A stretch of DNA of 64,000 nt from Azolla caroliniana (Eukaryota; Plantae; Polypodiophyta): assembly GCA_043228905.1 (NCBI GenBank), contig JBHGNT010000002.1, positions 19,096,001 through 19,160,000 of the forward strand. Direction: 5' to 3'. Below, one piece after another: positions 1 to 11,865 of the stretch. The notes under the pieces are model-generated. The model saw nothing but the letters and a program-made list of their open reading frames with translations, did no database searches and was not told the origin of the DNA. Position 1 is the first letter of the stretch. Each line of letters opens with the position of its first letter. The translations under genes were made by a program, and so were the position numbers.

Positions 1-27
1 CAACTGAGTATAGAATGATGGCAATGG

Positions 28-767
28 AGGAGAGAACCCCGTCAGATTGAACAGTTACCGATGATGCTTGAAACGCACATAGAAGGCACTTGAGAATAGA
101 GTGGCATAGAGAAGAGAACCCCGTCAGATTGAACAGTTACCAATGATGCTTGAAACGCACAGTAGCGGCCCCTGAGTGAGAGTGGAAAAGAGAAGAGAAC
201 CCCGTCAGATTGAACAGTTACCAATGATGCTTGAAACGCACAGTAGCGGCCCCTGAGTGAGAGTGGAAAAGAGAAGAGAACCCCGTCAGATTGAATAGCT
301 CTTTGATTATGCTTGGAACGCACAGTAGCAACCCCTGAGTGTAGAGTGGCAAAGAGAAGAGAACCCCCTCAGATTGAACAGCTCTTTGATGATGCTTGGA
401 ACGCACAATAATGGCCCTTGAGTGTAGAGTGGCACAGAGAAGAGAACCCCCTCAGATTGAACAGCTCTTTGATGATGCTTGGAACGCACAGTAATGGCCC
501 CTGAGTGTAGAGTGGCACAGAGAAGAGAACCCCGTCAGATTGAACAGCTCTTTGATGATGCTTGGAATGCACAGTAGTGGCCCCTGAGTGTAGAGTGGCA
601 CAGAGAAGAGAACCCCGTCAGATTGAACAGCTCTTTGATGATGCTTGGAATGCACAGTAGTGGCCCCTGAGTGTAGAGTGTCACAGAGAAGAGAACCCCG
701 TCAGATTGAGCAGCTCTTTGATGATGCTTGGAACGCACAGTAGCGGCCCCTCAGTGTAGAGTGGCGG
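28..767. repeat. Tandem array, about 9 units of 81-83 bp
   Basis: AGAGAACCCC recurs at 31, 113, 194, 275, 358, 441, 524, 607 and 690, with near-identical units. It explains the repeated short ORFs in the track. Confidence 0.97.
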
Positions 768-1112
768 CAGGTGGACTCGATAGGGTTTAGCAACAGTGGT
801 AGCAACTAACCCACGGTACTCAACTAGAGATGGCCTACGTGATGTGGCAAAGGATCATGCATAATGGACCTAGGAATTCGATATATAATTTATGGTACAC
901 ATTTATGGTGCACACATCAATTTATGTTGCACATTTATGGCACTCATTTACATATGTAATTAAAACACTCTAGTATTTTCAATGGTAGTTTTTTGCATAC
1001 TTAATTTATTAATGATGGCTTTTTACTAAAATGACTATTTATCAATGGTAGCTTTTTGCATAGCTAATTAGCTATGTCAAGGACATAGCTAATTGTTTCC
1101 ACTCGCATGCTT

Positions 1113-1730
1113 TCACCCATTACGTTTAGGAGGTAACCCATCAGGTAGTTCACTTGGAAAAACATCATGAAAATCATTTAAGATTTCATCAAGTTGTTGT
1201 TGTTCAAAATATGTTAATTGAATCGGGACATTATCGATATTGTAAACGTGAATGTCCGGATCAAGTACACAATAAAATAACGTAGAACAAGACAACTTGG
1301 ATATTGATGGACACGAGGAAACAATCGAGAGGGATTGTTTTTTTACACATTGAATAAAATGCGTACAATCGTTCAGTACAAAAGAAATGGAATGATGAAC
1401 CCAATCAATAAATAAAGAAGAGTTTTTATTATAAAACCAGGGATAACCCAGTATTACATCGGTGGTACAAAGATTCATTACATGGAAGTCTACTTCCTAT
1501 ATATAAGTATCAATAGAAATTCCTAATGAATGAATCGCCCCGTTGATGTATTGTACTCTTCCATCAGCCAAGTGCACCGTGTAGGTGTGATCACTTACGG
1601 TGGGTTGGATTCCCCATATCTGAACCAAACGATCATTCACAAAATTGTGTGAGCTTCCCGAATCAAATAAAAATTGTACGGGAGATCCATTGATATACCC
1701 GTTTGCACGTAGTAAATCATTGGGACCCAA
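1113..1730 (-). pseudogene. Retroviral-type aspartic protease and linker, ending just before RT
   Basis: Motifs LFDSGSSHNF and DVILGYPW, then FPSELPDGLPPKR followed by a stop. No RT motif downstream. Confidence 0.85.
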
Positions 1731-1856
1731 TACATAGTGAGGGAAAGAACATTGACAATTACTTAAATGATGTGTATAGACCTGAAGGACATTAGGAATC
1801 TGACCTTTATGGTCTGCAGCTTTAGCTTTGTTGTCGTGCTCTTTCCGTTGGAGCTT

Positions 1857-2738
1857 TCAACATTGATCTTTTGTATGACCCTTCTTTTTGCAGAATACAC
1901 AAAAAGGATGTTGTCGCTTACAATCGCGATCCAGGAATTCGTTGGGTGTCTTGCGTTTCCCAACAAATTGCGACTGCTTAGTCCCGGGCGCTTCGTTGGG
2001 TTTGTTATGGTCCTTCTTCGAAGTGCGTTGATAGCGAAGAACTATTTCAACGGCCTCTTCGAAGGATTTTGGATCCTTATCGTGCACTATCCAGTGATAG
2101 TCCGAATTGGGGATGCCATTGACAAAACAAGCTATCAACCAATTGTCCCCTTCTAGACCCGATTTTTGGATTTGGGTTCTAGCATGGTGAACATAGTCTT
2201 CTAGCGAGGAAAATTTCCTGCTAGAGAGGTTCATTAAAGCTTGTGCTGCCTCGGTTCGAGAGGGAGGTTGCAGAAATTGGCCCTTAAAAACCGTGACAAA
2301 ATCTGTCCAGGTATCGGGCAATTTCCCCATAGTACGGAGGCCACGCCACCAGGCGGCGGCCTTACCCCCGAGTTCTCGGCCGACATATGCAATCTTCGTA
2401 CTATCTGGCGTGGGATAGAGCTCAAAATGAGACTACCATCGTCCCAACCATGTGCAGATTGCTTCTTCGGTTCTTTCCTTTTTGTCTCCCGTAAATGGCT
2501 TAACGACAAATGATGGTTCACCTTGTCGCTCATCAGGTCTATTAGTCTCACGTTGTAGACTAATGACACGTGCCTCAAGAGCACTCTGAGATTGCCGAAG
2601 TTCGGTCATCTGTTGAGCGGTGAAACTAAGGTATTGGGTTATTTGTGCCAAATACATCTCAGTGGACATTTGTCCAGGAGGATTCCCTTGAGTTCCTTCC
2701 GCTTGAGCGGATGACATCGGGTCGTTAATTTGAGCCAT
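1857..2738 (-). pseudogene. Retrotransposon gag (disrupted) with CCHC zinc knuckle
   Basis: ORFs 2433-2738 and 1857-2330 show retrotrans_gag-like TWTDFVTVFKGQF and the knuckle CVFCKKKGHTKDQC. Confidence 0.85.
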
Positions 2739-3917
2739 TAAAGATTATTTCTGGAAAAGAAATAGGATAAGGTCAGAGATACAGTCATAACATCATGTCG
2801 TGATGTAAACATATCATGGGTGAGCATTAATCGATATCATTATCTCACGTCAATACCCCTCTAGACGTATGAGATGAGGTTCAAGATCAGGTTACTATGG
2901 TAACACAAAGGTGTTTTAAAAACCATGGGGGTGACAAATAAATGTCTTTCCCTGATCTCTATATCGATTTTTTCATGGTGGCTCCCCGAGGCTCAACCAT
3001 GTATGTTCGCGTCATGAATAGTTTATACACGAAAAAAATGTTAATAATAAACTATGTTTCGGTGCCCACATATGTGGTTTCGGCTCTTTAAGTCCTATTA
3101 CGAGGACCCCGAGGTGCACTTAGACCTTAAGTCTAAACATGTGTTATAGTCATATGTATCAAGGATGTTGTATGGTCTTGGTCATATTTGAACTCGAGAC
3201 CTCGAGAACCAATACATTAAACACTTGAGCCAACCAAGTAAGTTGCTCTTCTCGAATGCTTAATGTTTGATGCGTATAAGAGATATGCGAGGCAATTGAT
3301 CATATATGTTTTTTTAAAAGAACATATATGTCAAGGGTCCTTATTTCGCCCTCATTTACCAAAACTATGTTGGTACGTTACCTAACCTCAAGTCTCGTAA
3401 TTACGATGGCATACGCCAAAGTGCAACCTAATGGTGAAGCCAAATGAGCCCTTGTTTCGTAGTAGGCTCACGTGGGCCATCACATGGTCACGTCATTACG
3501 AATGCCTCTCGTAAGAACGAGCTCATGGTGGCATCGTATCCATGTAACGAGGGAGGGATGTTGGATACGCGCGTCATTGGAGCGACCTCACTTGAAGTGG
3601 GTCAAGCCCTACGTACTCAACATCATTTTGGCTATTGGCGTTCCTTTACGTAACGAAATCGAGGTCGTCAACGGGGTTATCAACAATAAAAAAAATGTTG
3701 AAAAAGGGATGGTGACAACGCCATTCTCACAAAAATGTAAGGACGGCCACCAACATCCTTTTCCCGACCATGACAACTTTCGATATAATCACGTAATAAC
3801 GAATATACACATATGTTTACTTATCACATATATACGATCAAATACGTATATATGTGACCACATATGCCTATATTAAACATATCGTTATAGTAAATAGCCA
3901 CAAATGATGTGATCGAG

Positions 3918-4181
3918 ATACGTAATCGAGGTATATACCTCTACGCATACGAAACATCCACAAATAAGAGATCATCATAATACGCAATGGAGGTATTGAC
4001 CTCTTACGCCTACGAGACCAAACGCATATCGTTTACAACAAATTAAGGTATTAAACTCATACGCAAACGTAACATATGTTCGTGAACGTAATACGTAATT
4101 GAGGTATTAACCTCGTACGCATACGACACTCATCACATATTATTAATATGTCAAACGAGGTATTGACCTCGTGCACATATG
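3918..4181. repeat. Five palindromic repeats (core GAGGTATT(A/G)ACCTC) separated by unrelated spacers
   Basis: Cores at 3928, 3990, 4045, 4101 and 4157, giving periods of 62, 55, 56 and 56 bp. Confidence 0.85.
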
Positions 4182-4427
4182 TAAACGTTTTAGATAATCA
4201 ATTAAAGACCACTACAACATCATTGACTTAATGAAAAAAATTACATATAAACTAAACACATGATTAGATGGGAGAAGAGAGAATAGAAAGAAAAATTATG
4301 GAAAGAGTTACCGAAGTTCTTTGTTGATTGTTGTCTGGATCAAGGCCAACCGCACAACGATCGATCAGCATCAATCAAAAGACAAATTAAAAACAAAGAA
4401 ACATTAGTACAAAAATCGGATACCAAA

Positions 4428-4882
4428 TATTATAGATCATAGTACTAATGTAAGCTTAAGATAAGGATAATGAAAAGATAGATAGAAAGGAGAAAGAGAA
4501 AGAAGGGTGCCGATCCACCCGACCACCCCCGAGCGAAGGGATCGAGACAGACTCGAGCCTCGATCGGCGTCCCATACCACCGCCGTGGCGTCGAGTCGTA
4601 CCTGGTGCTGGCGCGCTCGCTACAAGAGTTGACCCACCACACGAGCAGAGTCTCGATGTAGTCAAAAGATGATCAAATGAGGGTAGCTAGGCCTCTTATT
4701 TATAGCGATACCCAAGGCCCCCAGGCAAGTTCACACTTGACCTAATGGGTTGTCTCAATCCCGAGGATTAAAAGTAATCCTCCCCTTCTTTACACTCTCA
4801 TTTAACCCTCACACTTATCCACGTGTATAGAATACTACGGTAAATTCTTACCACGGGATATTATATGGTCATGCCCGTAACA
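4428..4882 (-). repeat. 5' LTR of element A
   Basis: TG start on the minus strand, TATAAATA box, and an adjacent PBS-like TGGTATC. The inner boundary is approximate. Confidence 0.6.
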
Positions 4883-5197
4883 GTTTCGAACCAGAGAGAG
4901 AGAGAAGCCTTCACCCACGAACCGACAACACTTCATCCTCGACTCTCCGCGATCCTTTTCCCCTCCTCGTCTCCCTCCTTTTATAGGCAAGGAAGGAGCC
5001 GTTTCTTATTAACTTCCTACCTACCGAGGATCTCCTATGTACAACATAAGGCGCACGTGTATGAAGAGCCGGTTCCTACGCTCCGGTGGACCGATTCCGC
5101 TTGTGGACGGTTTTCTTCACGACATCCGCCCCCACCTAACCGCGCATCCACCGGCATGCGCCAAATTGAGTTGGGACTGAGAAAACCAGTCCAACCT

Positions 5198-8100
5198 TTA
5201 TTCCCTGCCCGTCGGTTCTTCTTCGGTTTCGGATCGTTCGTCGTCCCGGTCCAGGTTATCCGGATCCGGCTCGTCGTCGTGACGCTTCTTGAACGCTTTG
5301 ATCCGCTTCCCAGCTACCGGTATCGCCATTCTCGTGCCGTCGAGTTTTGCTAGATGGTACGTCCCGTTGTCGTTGCCGCTTTGTACCACGTAAGGCCCGA
5401 ACCACCTTCTTGCGAACTTCCGTGTCGCTCAGTGCTGGTTGTCGAGGCTGCTATCGTAGACTAGCACCCAGTCGCCTTCCTCGATCTTCTTCGGTCGGAG
5501 CCGGTGCGTCCGGTCGAACCGGGCTTTGTTCCTCGTCCTTGCCACCCGAAGCTTTTCCGTAGCCTGCTCCATGTCCTCCGGTCTTCGCTCGAGCTGCCGT
5601 ATGCGCGCCGTCAACAGTTCCTCCCGGCTCATCTCGTCTCTCCAGTCCACGGTTGCCCATGAGGAGATCGTACATTCCATCGGCATGATCGGCTTCTACC
5701 CAAACATGAGCTCTGCCGGCATGAATCCGGTCACCGAACTGTGCGTAGTTCGGTCCGCCCACAACGCGTAAGGCAACAGCCGCGGCCAGTTCCCGACTTG
5801 ACCTCCGCATGCCCGAACTAACGCCTTGACGATTGGTCCGTGTCCGCGCTCCACCTTCCCATTCGCCTCCGGATTGTATGCAGTGGTGAGCGAGAGCTTG
5901 ACTCCTAGCCGGTCGAACAGCTCCTCGGCCTCTTCGGCGTCCAACTCCCCGCGATCAGCCACGATCTTCCCGACGCACCCGTACCGGCATATCACATCCT
6001 CAATCAGGAACCGACATATGGCCGGGGTCGTTTTGTTCTGAACGGCTCGGCCTTCCACCTGGTTCGTCAGATCTTCCTGAGCCAGGACCAGATACCGCAT
6101 CTGTCCTACTCCCATCGGCATCGTCACCAGATCTACCATCCATTTGAAGTGGATGGTCGGAGGGTACGTAGGGTGAAGCTCGTCCCGATGCCGAACTATG
6201 GAGTGCATCTAACAGCTCTCGCAAGTTGTCACGAACCGATGCACGTCCCGGTACAGTCCCGGCCACCAGTACTTCCCCTTTATCTTCTCGAACGTGGCCC
6301 ACGTTCCACAGTGACCAGCCCAAGGGCTGTCGTGGTAAGCCGTCAGCAGCTCCCCCTTGTCTTCCTTCATCGCCACCACCCGGAGCGGGACGCCGTTCCT
6401 CTTCTTCGGGTGCTTCCATAAATATCCGTCCCTGAGAAAGAATCGGTAAGCTTTCTTCCGGATCCGGTTGGCCTCGTCCTTCTTCCATGACGCATCCAGC
6501 GTCATTGTCCTCAAAAATCCACCGATCTGGAGCCACTCGCCATCGTACTTGCTCTCGTCGAAGTCGTTAAGTGCCGGAGTGCTCGTCCCATTGGTCGTCA
6601 CGTATGCCGCCTCGAAGAAGTCCACGCCGACTTCTTCGTCCTCCGAAACCATGTCGCCCTCGTCATCAAACCTCGCCCTCGAAAGCATGTCGGCAATGGC
6701 GTTGTCTTTTCCGGAAATGTGTCATATTTCCGGGTCCAGGGACTTGATGTACGCTATCCACCTGAGCATCGCCAGGTCCGGTGTCGCGCATCCGGAAACC
6801 ATGCCGAGAATTGGCAGGCAATCCGTCTCGACAATCACTTCCGTCCCGATCAGGTAGTCTTTGTCGGCCTTTACTGCTGAAACGATACCCCAGAGTTCGC
6901 GTTTAACCTGCGCGTACCCTCGCTGTCGTTCATTGAGGACCTTCGCGCCGAATTGGATCGGGAACCAAATGCCGTCCCCGTCTTCTTGGTTGACGACCCA
7001 TCCGATCCCGGTCGGACTCGTATCCACCGTTATGTATACCGGGGTACCCTTCTCGTAGACAGCCTTCCGGAGCGCCGGTGCTGCCGCAAGAGCTTCCTTC
7101 AGCTTCCGGACCGACTCCGTGTGCTCGTCTCGCCACTTGAATTTTCGCCCTTTCTTCAGCAACCCGTATAGCGGCTCCGCAACGTGGGCGTAATGCGGGA
7201 TCCATATGTGGTAGAACGTGCATGCCCCCAGGAACCTCCAAACTTCTGTAACCGAGCTACAGTCGGTCTTCATCGCGGAAATGGCTTCTACCTTTGCCGG
7301 AGACGGCTTCCGGCCATATGGTCCACATAGGTGTCCGACCACCAGGATTTCCGATTGCCCGAAGGCCGATTTCTCCCCAGAGAAGGTGAGCCTCGCATCC
7401 TCTAGCCTTTGTAGCACTTTCTCGCAGTTGTCGATGTGTGTTGCAACGAATCGCCGGCATCCGTCCGGTCCGAGTGTTGCGTCCCTCTCTTCTACCGGAC
7501 ACCCCTTGATCGGAATGTCGTCCAGAAATGGCATGGTGATGTCCGGGATGCAATCCCTCAGTACCTTGTTCATTGCATTCACCATGTGGGCCACCGAGTT
7601 GGTCCCTCCTTGTGGCAGGGTACACATTCGCACTAGGCCGAGGGGAGTTCGCATCGTCGTAATGTCTCTGCTCTCCACGGCTAGCTGGAACTGGTCGTAC
7701 CCCGAGTACAGATCACCAACCGAGTAAATCGACCTTCCGGCGAAAGCCTCCGCGAACTTGTCTATGGTCGGTCCGATCCCAGCGTTCCGAATGGTCACTT
7801 TGTTGACCGGCTGCAGGTCTTGAATGAAGCGCAATGTTCCGTTTTTCTTTGGTACCGTAAACCATTGGTTCGAGTATGACGCGCTTGACGGTTCTAGAAT
7901 ACCCATATCGACTTTCTGCCTCAATAGCTCCATCAACTCCGGGATGTGAGCTCTTGGTACCGGAATCGGCTTGAGATTCCACGGCACATGCGGTACCGTG
8001 AATATCACCATCGGCTCCACGATTGTCGGGTCTACGCATCCGATCTCTTCCGGCGAAAATGCGAAGGCTTTCCCGTGCCTTCCGAGCATTCTCCGAAACT

Positions 8101-8557
8101 GGTCTTCCTCCGCCGGCAGTAGGAACCCGCCCCCACCGATCTTGAGCTCCCGGAGCGTCCCGTCGGTGAAGGTGTGTCCTATGTAGGCCGGATCTCGTAA
8201 ACTGGGGTCCGACGCAACCCCTCTGATTCGGGACTCGCTGCCCTCCGGCAAGGGTGCCGCGACTGGCCTTACCTTCCGGTCCACAGTCTTGTACTTCGTG
8301 CTAACTCGGGCCATCCGATCCGACCCGAGCCCCCGATTGAAGTTCGCGATGACTTCGTACATCTCTTCGGAACATACCGGTATCGTCCGGTCTTCGCTAA
8401 GGTCTTCTCCGGCTACCTTCCTCAGCATTCCCAAGGTGTCGTCGAAGGAGACCGCCTCCACGGCCCCGCTGATTTCCTCGTCCGGGCTGAGAACTCCGCA
8501 CGCTCGAAGTCGCACTTCTGCCCTTGTCCTTTCTCGGCCGACGATGCCGACTACCAT
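5198..8557 (-). pseudogene. pol (RT-RNase H-integrase) of element B, with premature stops
   Basis: RT motifs DLYSGYDQ, LPQG and FLDD; RNase H TVDTS; integrase zinc-binding H..H..CESC and core YNPEANGKVERG. Stops near 6722, 6209 and 5696. Confidence 0.95.
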
Positions 8558-8823
8558 ACACCCTCCGTTGTTGGAGAAGCAAAATTTCCCACCTATCGTA
8601 CAGTCGTGGGGTCTTTTCCGAGTGTCCGGGCTGTCTCGGCCCCACGCCTTGGCAGCCCTTTCTAAAAATCCTCCCGGTTCTCGCCACCGAGGGATTCGTG
8701 GTTTCTCTCGTGGTTCGGCCGCACCGTTAGAAATTGCACCGAATGGCGCCCGTCCTGGCTTTTTACCCTCGCGTAGGCTGAACCGTTGTCCAGCACCTTG
8801 GTCTCCATTCGCGCTGCCGTGAT

Positions 8824-10784
8824 CTATGGTTCCCCTAATATGACCGGGTGCGAGGACGTCTCCTGTACGAAGAAGTGCTGGTCAATCTCGACATCGCTGA
8901 TCTTGACTCGCACGTTCGGGCAGGCCCCATGCAGTTCCTCGGTGGCGCACGTCGCCGCCCGTATCTTCCACCCGTGCTTGGTGTTGATCGGCCACTTTCC
9001 CTTCTTGTAGAAGTCCATGGACATCAAGTTTATTTCCGAACCGTGGTCCACCAGTGCCACCACCGGTTCCTGAACATCTCCGATCTTTACCGGGGTCTCT
9101 GTGGTCGCTCGGGCCCAGTGCGGCCTTGAATAGTGGCTCTCCGCCCACTCATCTTCCAGCGCCATGTCATCGATGTGCGTCGTCCGCACCTCCACCGGTC
9201 TCTCCGGTTCCGTCTCCGTCGACAGCCTCTTCCGCTTTACCAAGTCCACAATGGAGTCGTGGAACTCCTTGGCGATCCCTAGCACCTCCCGTAATGACAG
9301 CTCCACTTTGCTGTCGAGGATCCGTTCTTCTAGGACCTTTCGTAGGTCCATGGTCCTTTCTATTTCCGTCCACAGTCGGTATCCGCCCTTCCTGGGGTTA
9401 TCTTGCGAGCTGGACCCACCGGCATCGTTCCGTCGCTGCCCGAATCGGGTCTCGTACCGTTGTGAGGGCCCGGCCGCTCCGGTTTTCCCCACTCGTTTGT
9501 CTTCTACTAGAGCCTCGTAGTTCCGGCAGGCGGCTTCTACGAAGCCCGTCTTTTCCTCGACCGGGTCGCTCCACCTGGTTACTTCCCGGACCCATCTCTC
9601 GGCGCAGTCCGCTTCGTCTTTCCTCAACCGTGCGCCGGCGAGGCCTTCCAGCATTGCCGACCAGAATTCGTCTTTGCTCTCCTTTCGGGCCTCGCTGCCC
9701 CCGACCCGAATGCCGGCCGACGCCGAGTAGTGGATGACCTCCACGTGTCGGGCCGCTGCCTCTTCCATCAGTCTCTTCATACCTCCTCGCCCGTCGTTTC
9801 GGTTTAGGGCCCTTCTGGTGTCGTCGGCATGCACCCGGCCTTCCCACAGGTACACCACCCGGTCCCTCAATGCCTCTGCGAAATCGCCGCAGTCCTTCCG
9901 AATGTGGCCGACCTCGTCGCACCACATGCACCTGTTCCCTGCTGCCGGCCGTCGGTCACGAGCCGGTTCGCCGCCTTCCCTTCGAGTCTGGGCGATCTGG
10001 AGATCCTTTATCGCCCGCGTCAACTCCTCCAGCGCTGCTCCTCCGGACGAGCCATTGATCATGCCGGTCGAAGCCGAACCGGTTTTGGGCCACTCCCGGG
10101 TCTCTTCCCTTTGCCCTTGCGGTGCCGGTTGAAGCCTCCTTGCTGTGACAGAGCCCGCACCGGTCGCCCCGTTGTCAGCCCATTCTCGCCGTTTGTCGAA
10201 ACGGCCACAGACTCTCTTAACCGCAGCCCAGTCGGTTGTCAGCCCGTCTTCGGTTTCCAGCAAGGAGCCGACTTGACCCCGGTCCCGCTCGTCCACCGAC
10301 TTGACGAACAGTAGGACCCGGCTCGTATCCAGAATGGTTCGGTCAAGCGCCGAAAGGCGCGCAAAGCGTTCTTCGAACTCCCAGAGGAGTGCCGACGCGT
10401 TTCTTCCCTTGCCGGGGACTCCACCCATTCCATGAAGTCTCGTTTCGAAAGCCGGAGCGCGTCGTCCAGCCCGTATTTTTCTAGGAGTCGGCCTCCGAAC
10501 TCCTCCCAGGTACGGCTCTCCGCCCGCACCTCGAGCACCTCCGCATGGATGCTCGGCATCGCCACTCGAGGAAACCCGGCAAGACGCCTCTCTTTCGGAA
10601 TGTCCCGCATCAGCATTTCTGCCCCGTAGGACGCCAAATACTTCGTAGCATCCTTTCCGCTGAACCGGCCGATCGTACCGACAACCGCCTCAATGGCTCT
10701 GTCGAGGGCGCTGGTGCCCTTGCGTGTGCTCAATATCCGATCCACGGCCGAAGCCATGGCCTCTGCAAGATCCGACCCCTTCAT
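8824..10784 (-). pseudogene. gag-protease of element B (frameshifted)
   Basis: Zinc knuckle CMWCDEVGHIRKDC, protease motifs ALVDHGSEINL and VILGEP, frameshift near 10430. Confidence 0.9.
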
Positions 10785-10806
10785 CTTCTGCTCTTCTGCC
10801 GCCTCC

Positions 10807-10824
10807 TTCACGTCGGGTTCACCA
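10807..10824 (-). promoter_or_regulatory. Primer-binding site complementary to the tRNA-Trp 3' end
   Basis: The plus strand reads TTCACGTCGGGTTCACCA, the 3' end of plant cytosolic tRNA-Trp as I recall it, 3 nt from the LTR end. Confidence 0.85.
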
Positions 10825-11865
10825 AGATGTCGAGGTTTTTCCTCGCGGATGCGTGGAATGAGGCGGGACCTCGGGGGTCCTGTACTGAAGAGCAAGAGAG
10901 AAAGGACAAGAGACCCACTACATGCGAGAGTAGATTCACAGGGACACGGCCCTGTGACACAAAGACGCGAGTGGGACAGCGACACAGAGAGACACGAATG
11001 TATGTATGTATTAACAAAGACAGACAACAAAACACGAAGTCGGTTACAACCGAACAGGCCGGCAAACAGATGCCGATACCTGTTCGTAAACGCACAGAAA
11101 GGAAGAAGTAGGTTGGAGGTGCTGCCGGAAGCACTCGGGCATTCCTCAGAGCAGCACGAGCCTCCCGAAACCTGCACAGAAGGAAGCTATGGAGTTTCGA
11201 ACCAGAGAGAGAGAGAAGCCTTCGCCCACGAACCGACAGCACTTCGTCCTCGACTCTCCGCGATCCTTTTCCCCTCCTCGTCTCCCTCCTTTTATAGGCA
11301 AGGAAGGAGCCATTTCCTATTAAGTTCCTACCTACCGAGGATCTCCTATGTACAACATAAGGCGCACGTGTATGAAGAGTCGGTTCCTACGCTCCGGTGG
11401 ACCGATTCCGCTTGTGGACGGTTTTCTTCGCGACAGCGTGTAGCAACGCGACAACGTAATTAATCCTACTACAGTGTATTTGATACATTCCAGTAGATAG
11501 TCGTGTAACTGTAATTACTACTCATTTCATAATCTAAACAGTGTTGGGTATATGGTTGTGTCATTGTTTGCTTTCAATAAGTGTTAAGTAACCTATCTCT
11601 CCCTATCGTGAATGCATAGCCGAGGTTTCCTCGTACGTACTGTATAGGGTTTCATCCCGTTTCGTAAAAGCGATATGACCACCACGTACCACAATCCTTT
11701 GGTCGATTCCGGTTAGGAATCGAAGGTGTCGCCTCCAGAGAGGAAGGCAACAGATCACTCGGTTGGACCTCAATTACCCAGTTGGCTTGATCAGTCAATT
11801 CATGTCGTAGCCAAAGGCTGAACACCTTCAGTATGTGAAAAGGATATTGTGATATGTGAGTGGCA

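Larger units (their letters stand above)
1..4882 (-). mobile_element. Ty3/gypsy-type LTR element A (gag and protease only, no RT in view), nested in the 3' LTR of element B; its 3' end lies outside the window
   Basis: The LTR begins TGTTAC at 4882 on the minus strand, with a TATA near 4700. A partial PBS TGGTATC sits at 4419-4425, followed by gag and protease ORFs. The insertion cuts the element B 3' LTR at 4883. Confidence 0.75.
4883..11435 (-). mobile_element. Ty3/gypsy non-chromovirus LTR retrotransposon B with tRNA-Trp PBS (possibly Phygy-related)
   Basis: 5' LTR at 10828-11435 (TG..CA). 3' LTR remnant at 4883-5124 matches 11194-11435. PPT GGTGGGGGCGGA. Domain order gag-PR-RT-RH-INT, no chromodomain. 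Confidence 0.95.

Noticed and set aside
42-738. Repeated 60-93 aa ORFs
   Set aside because: By-products of a tandem repeat whose main unit (83 bp) is not a multiple of 3.
28-767. 83-bp array as a CRISPR array or a box C/D snoRNA cluster (TGATGA..CTGA in several units)
   Set aside because: Whole units are near-identical with no unique spacers. The C-to-D distance is only about 25 nt and I recognise no rRNA guide.
5347-11463. Many plus-strand ORFs over element B
   Set aside because: Antisense shadows of GC-rich gag-pol or LTR sequence, with no recognisable motifs.
11700-11723. TGGTCGATTCCGGTTAGGAATCGA as a PBS or tRNA fragment
   Set aside because: It is a small self-contained hairpin; I cannot match it to a tRNA 3' end or tie it to an element.
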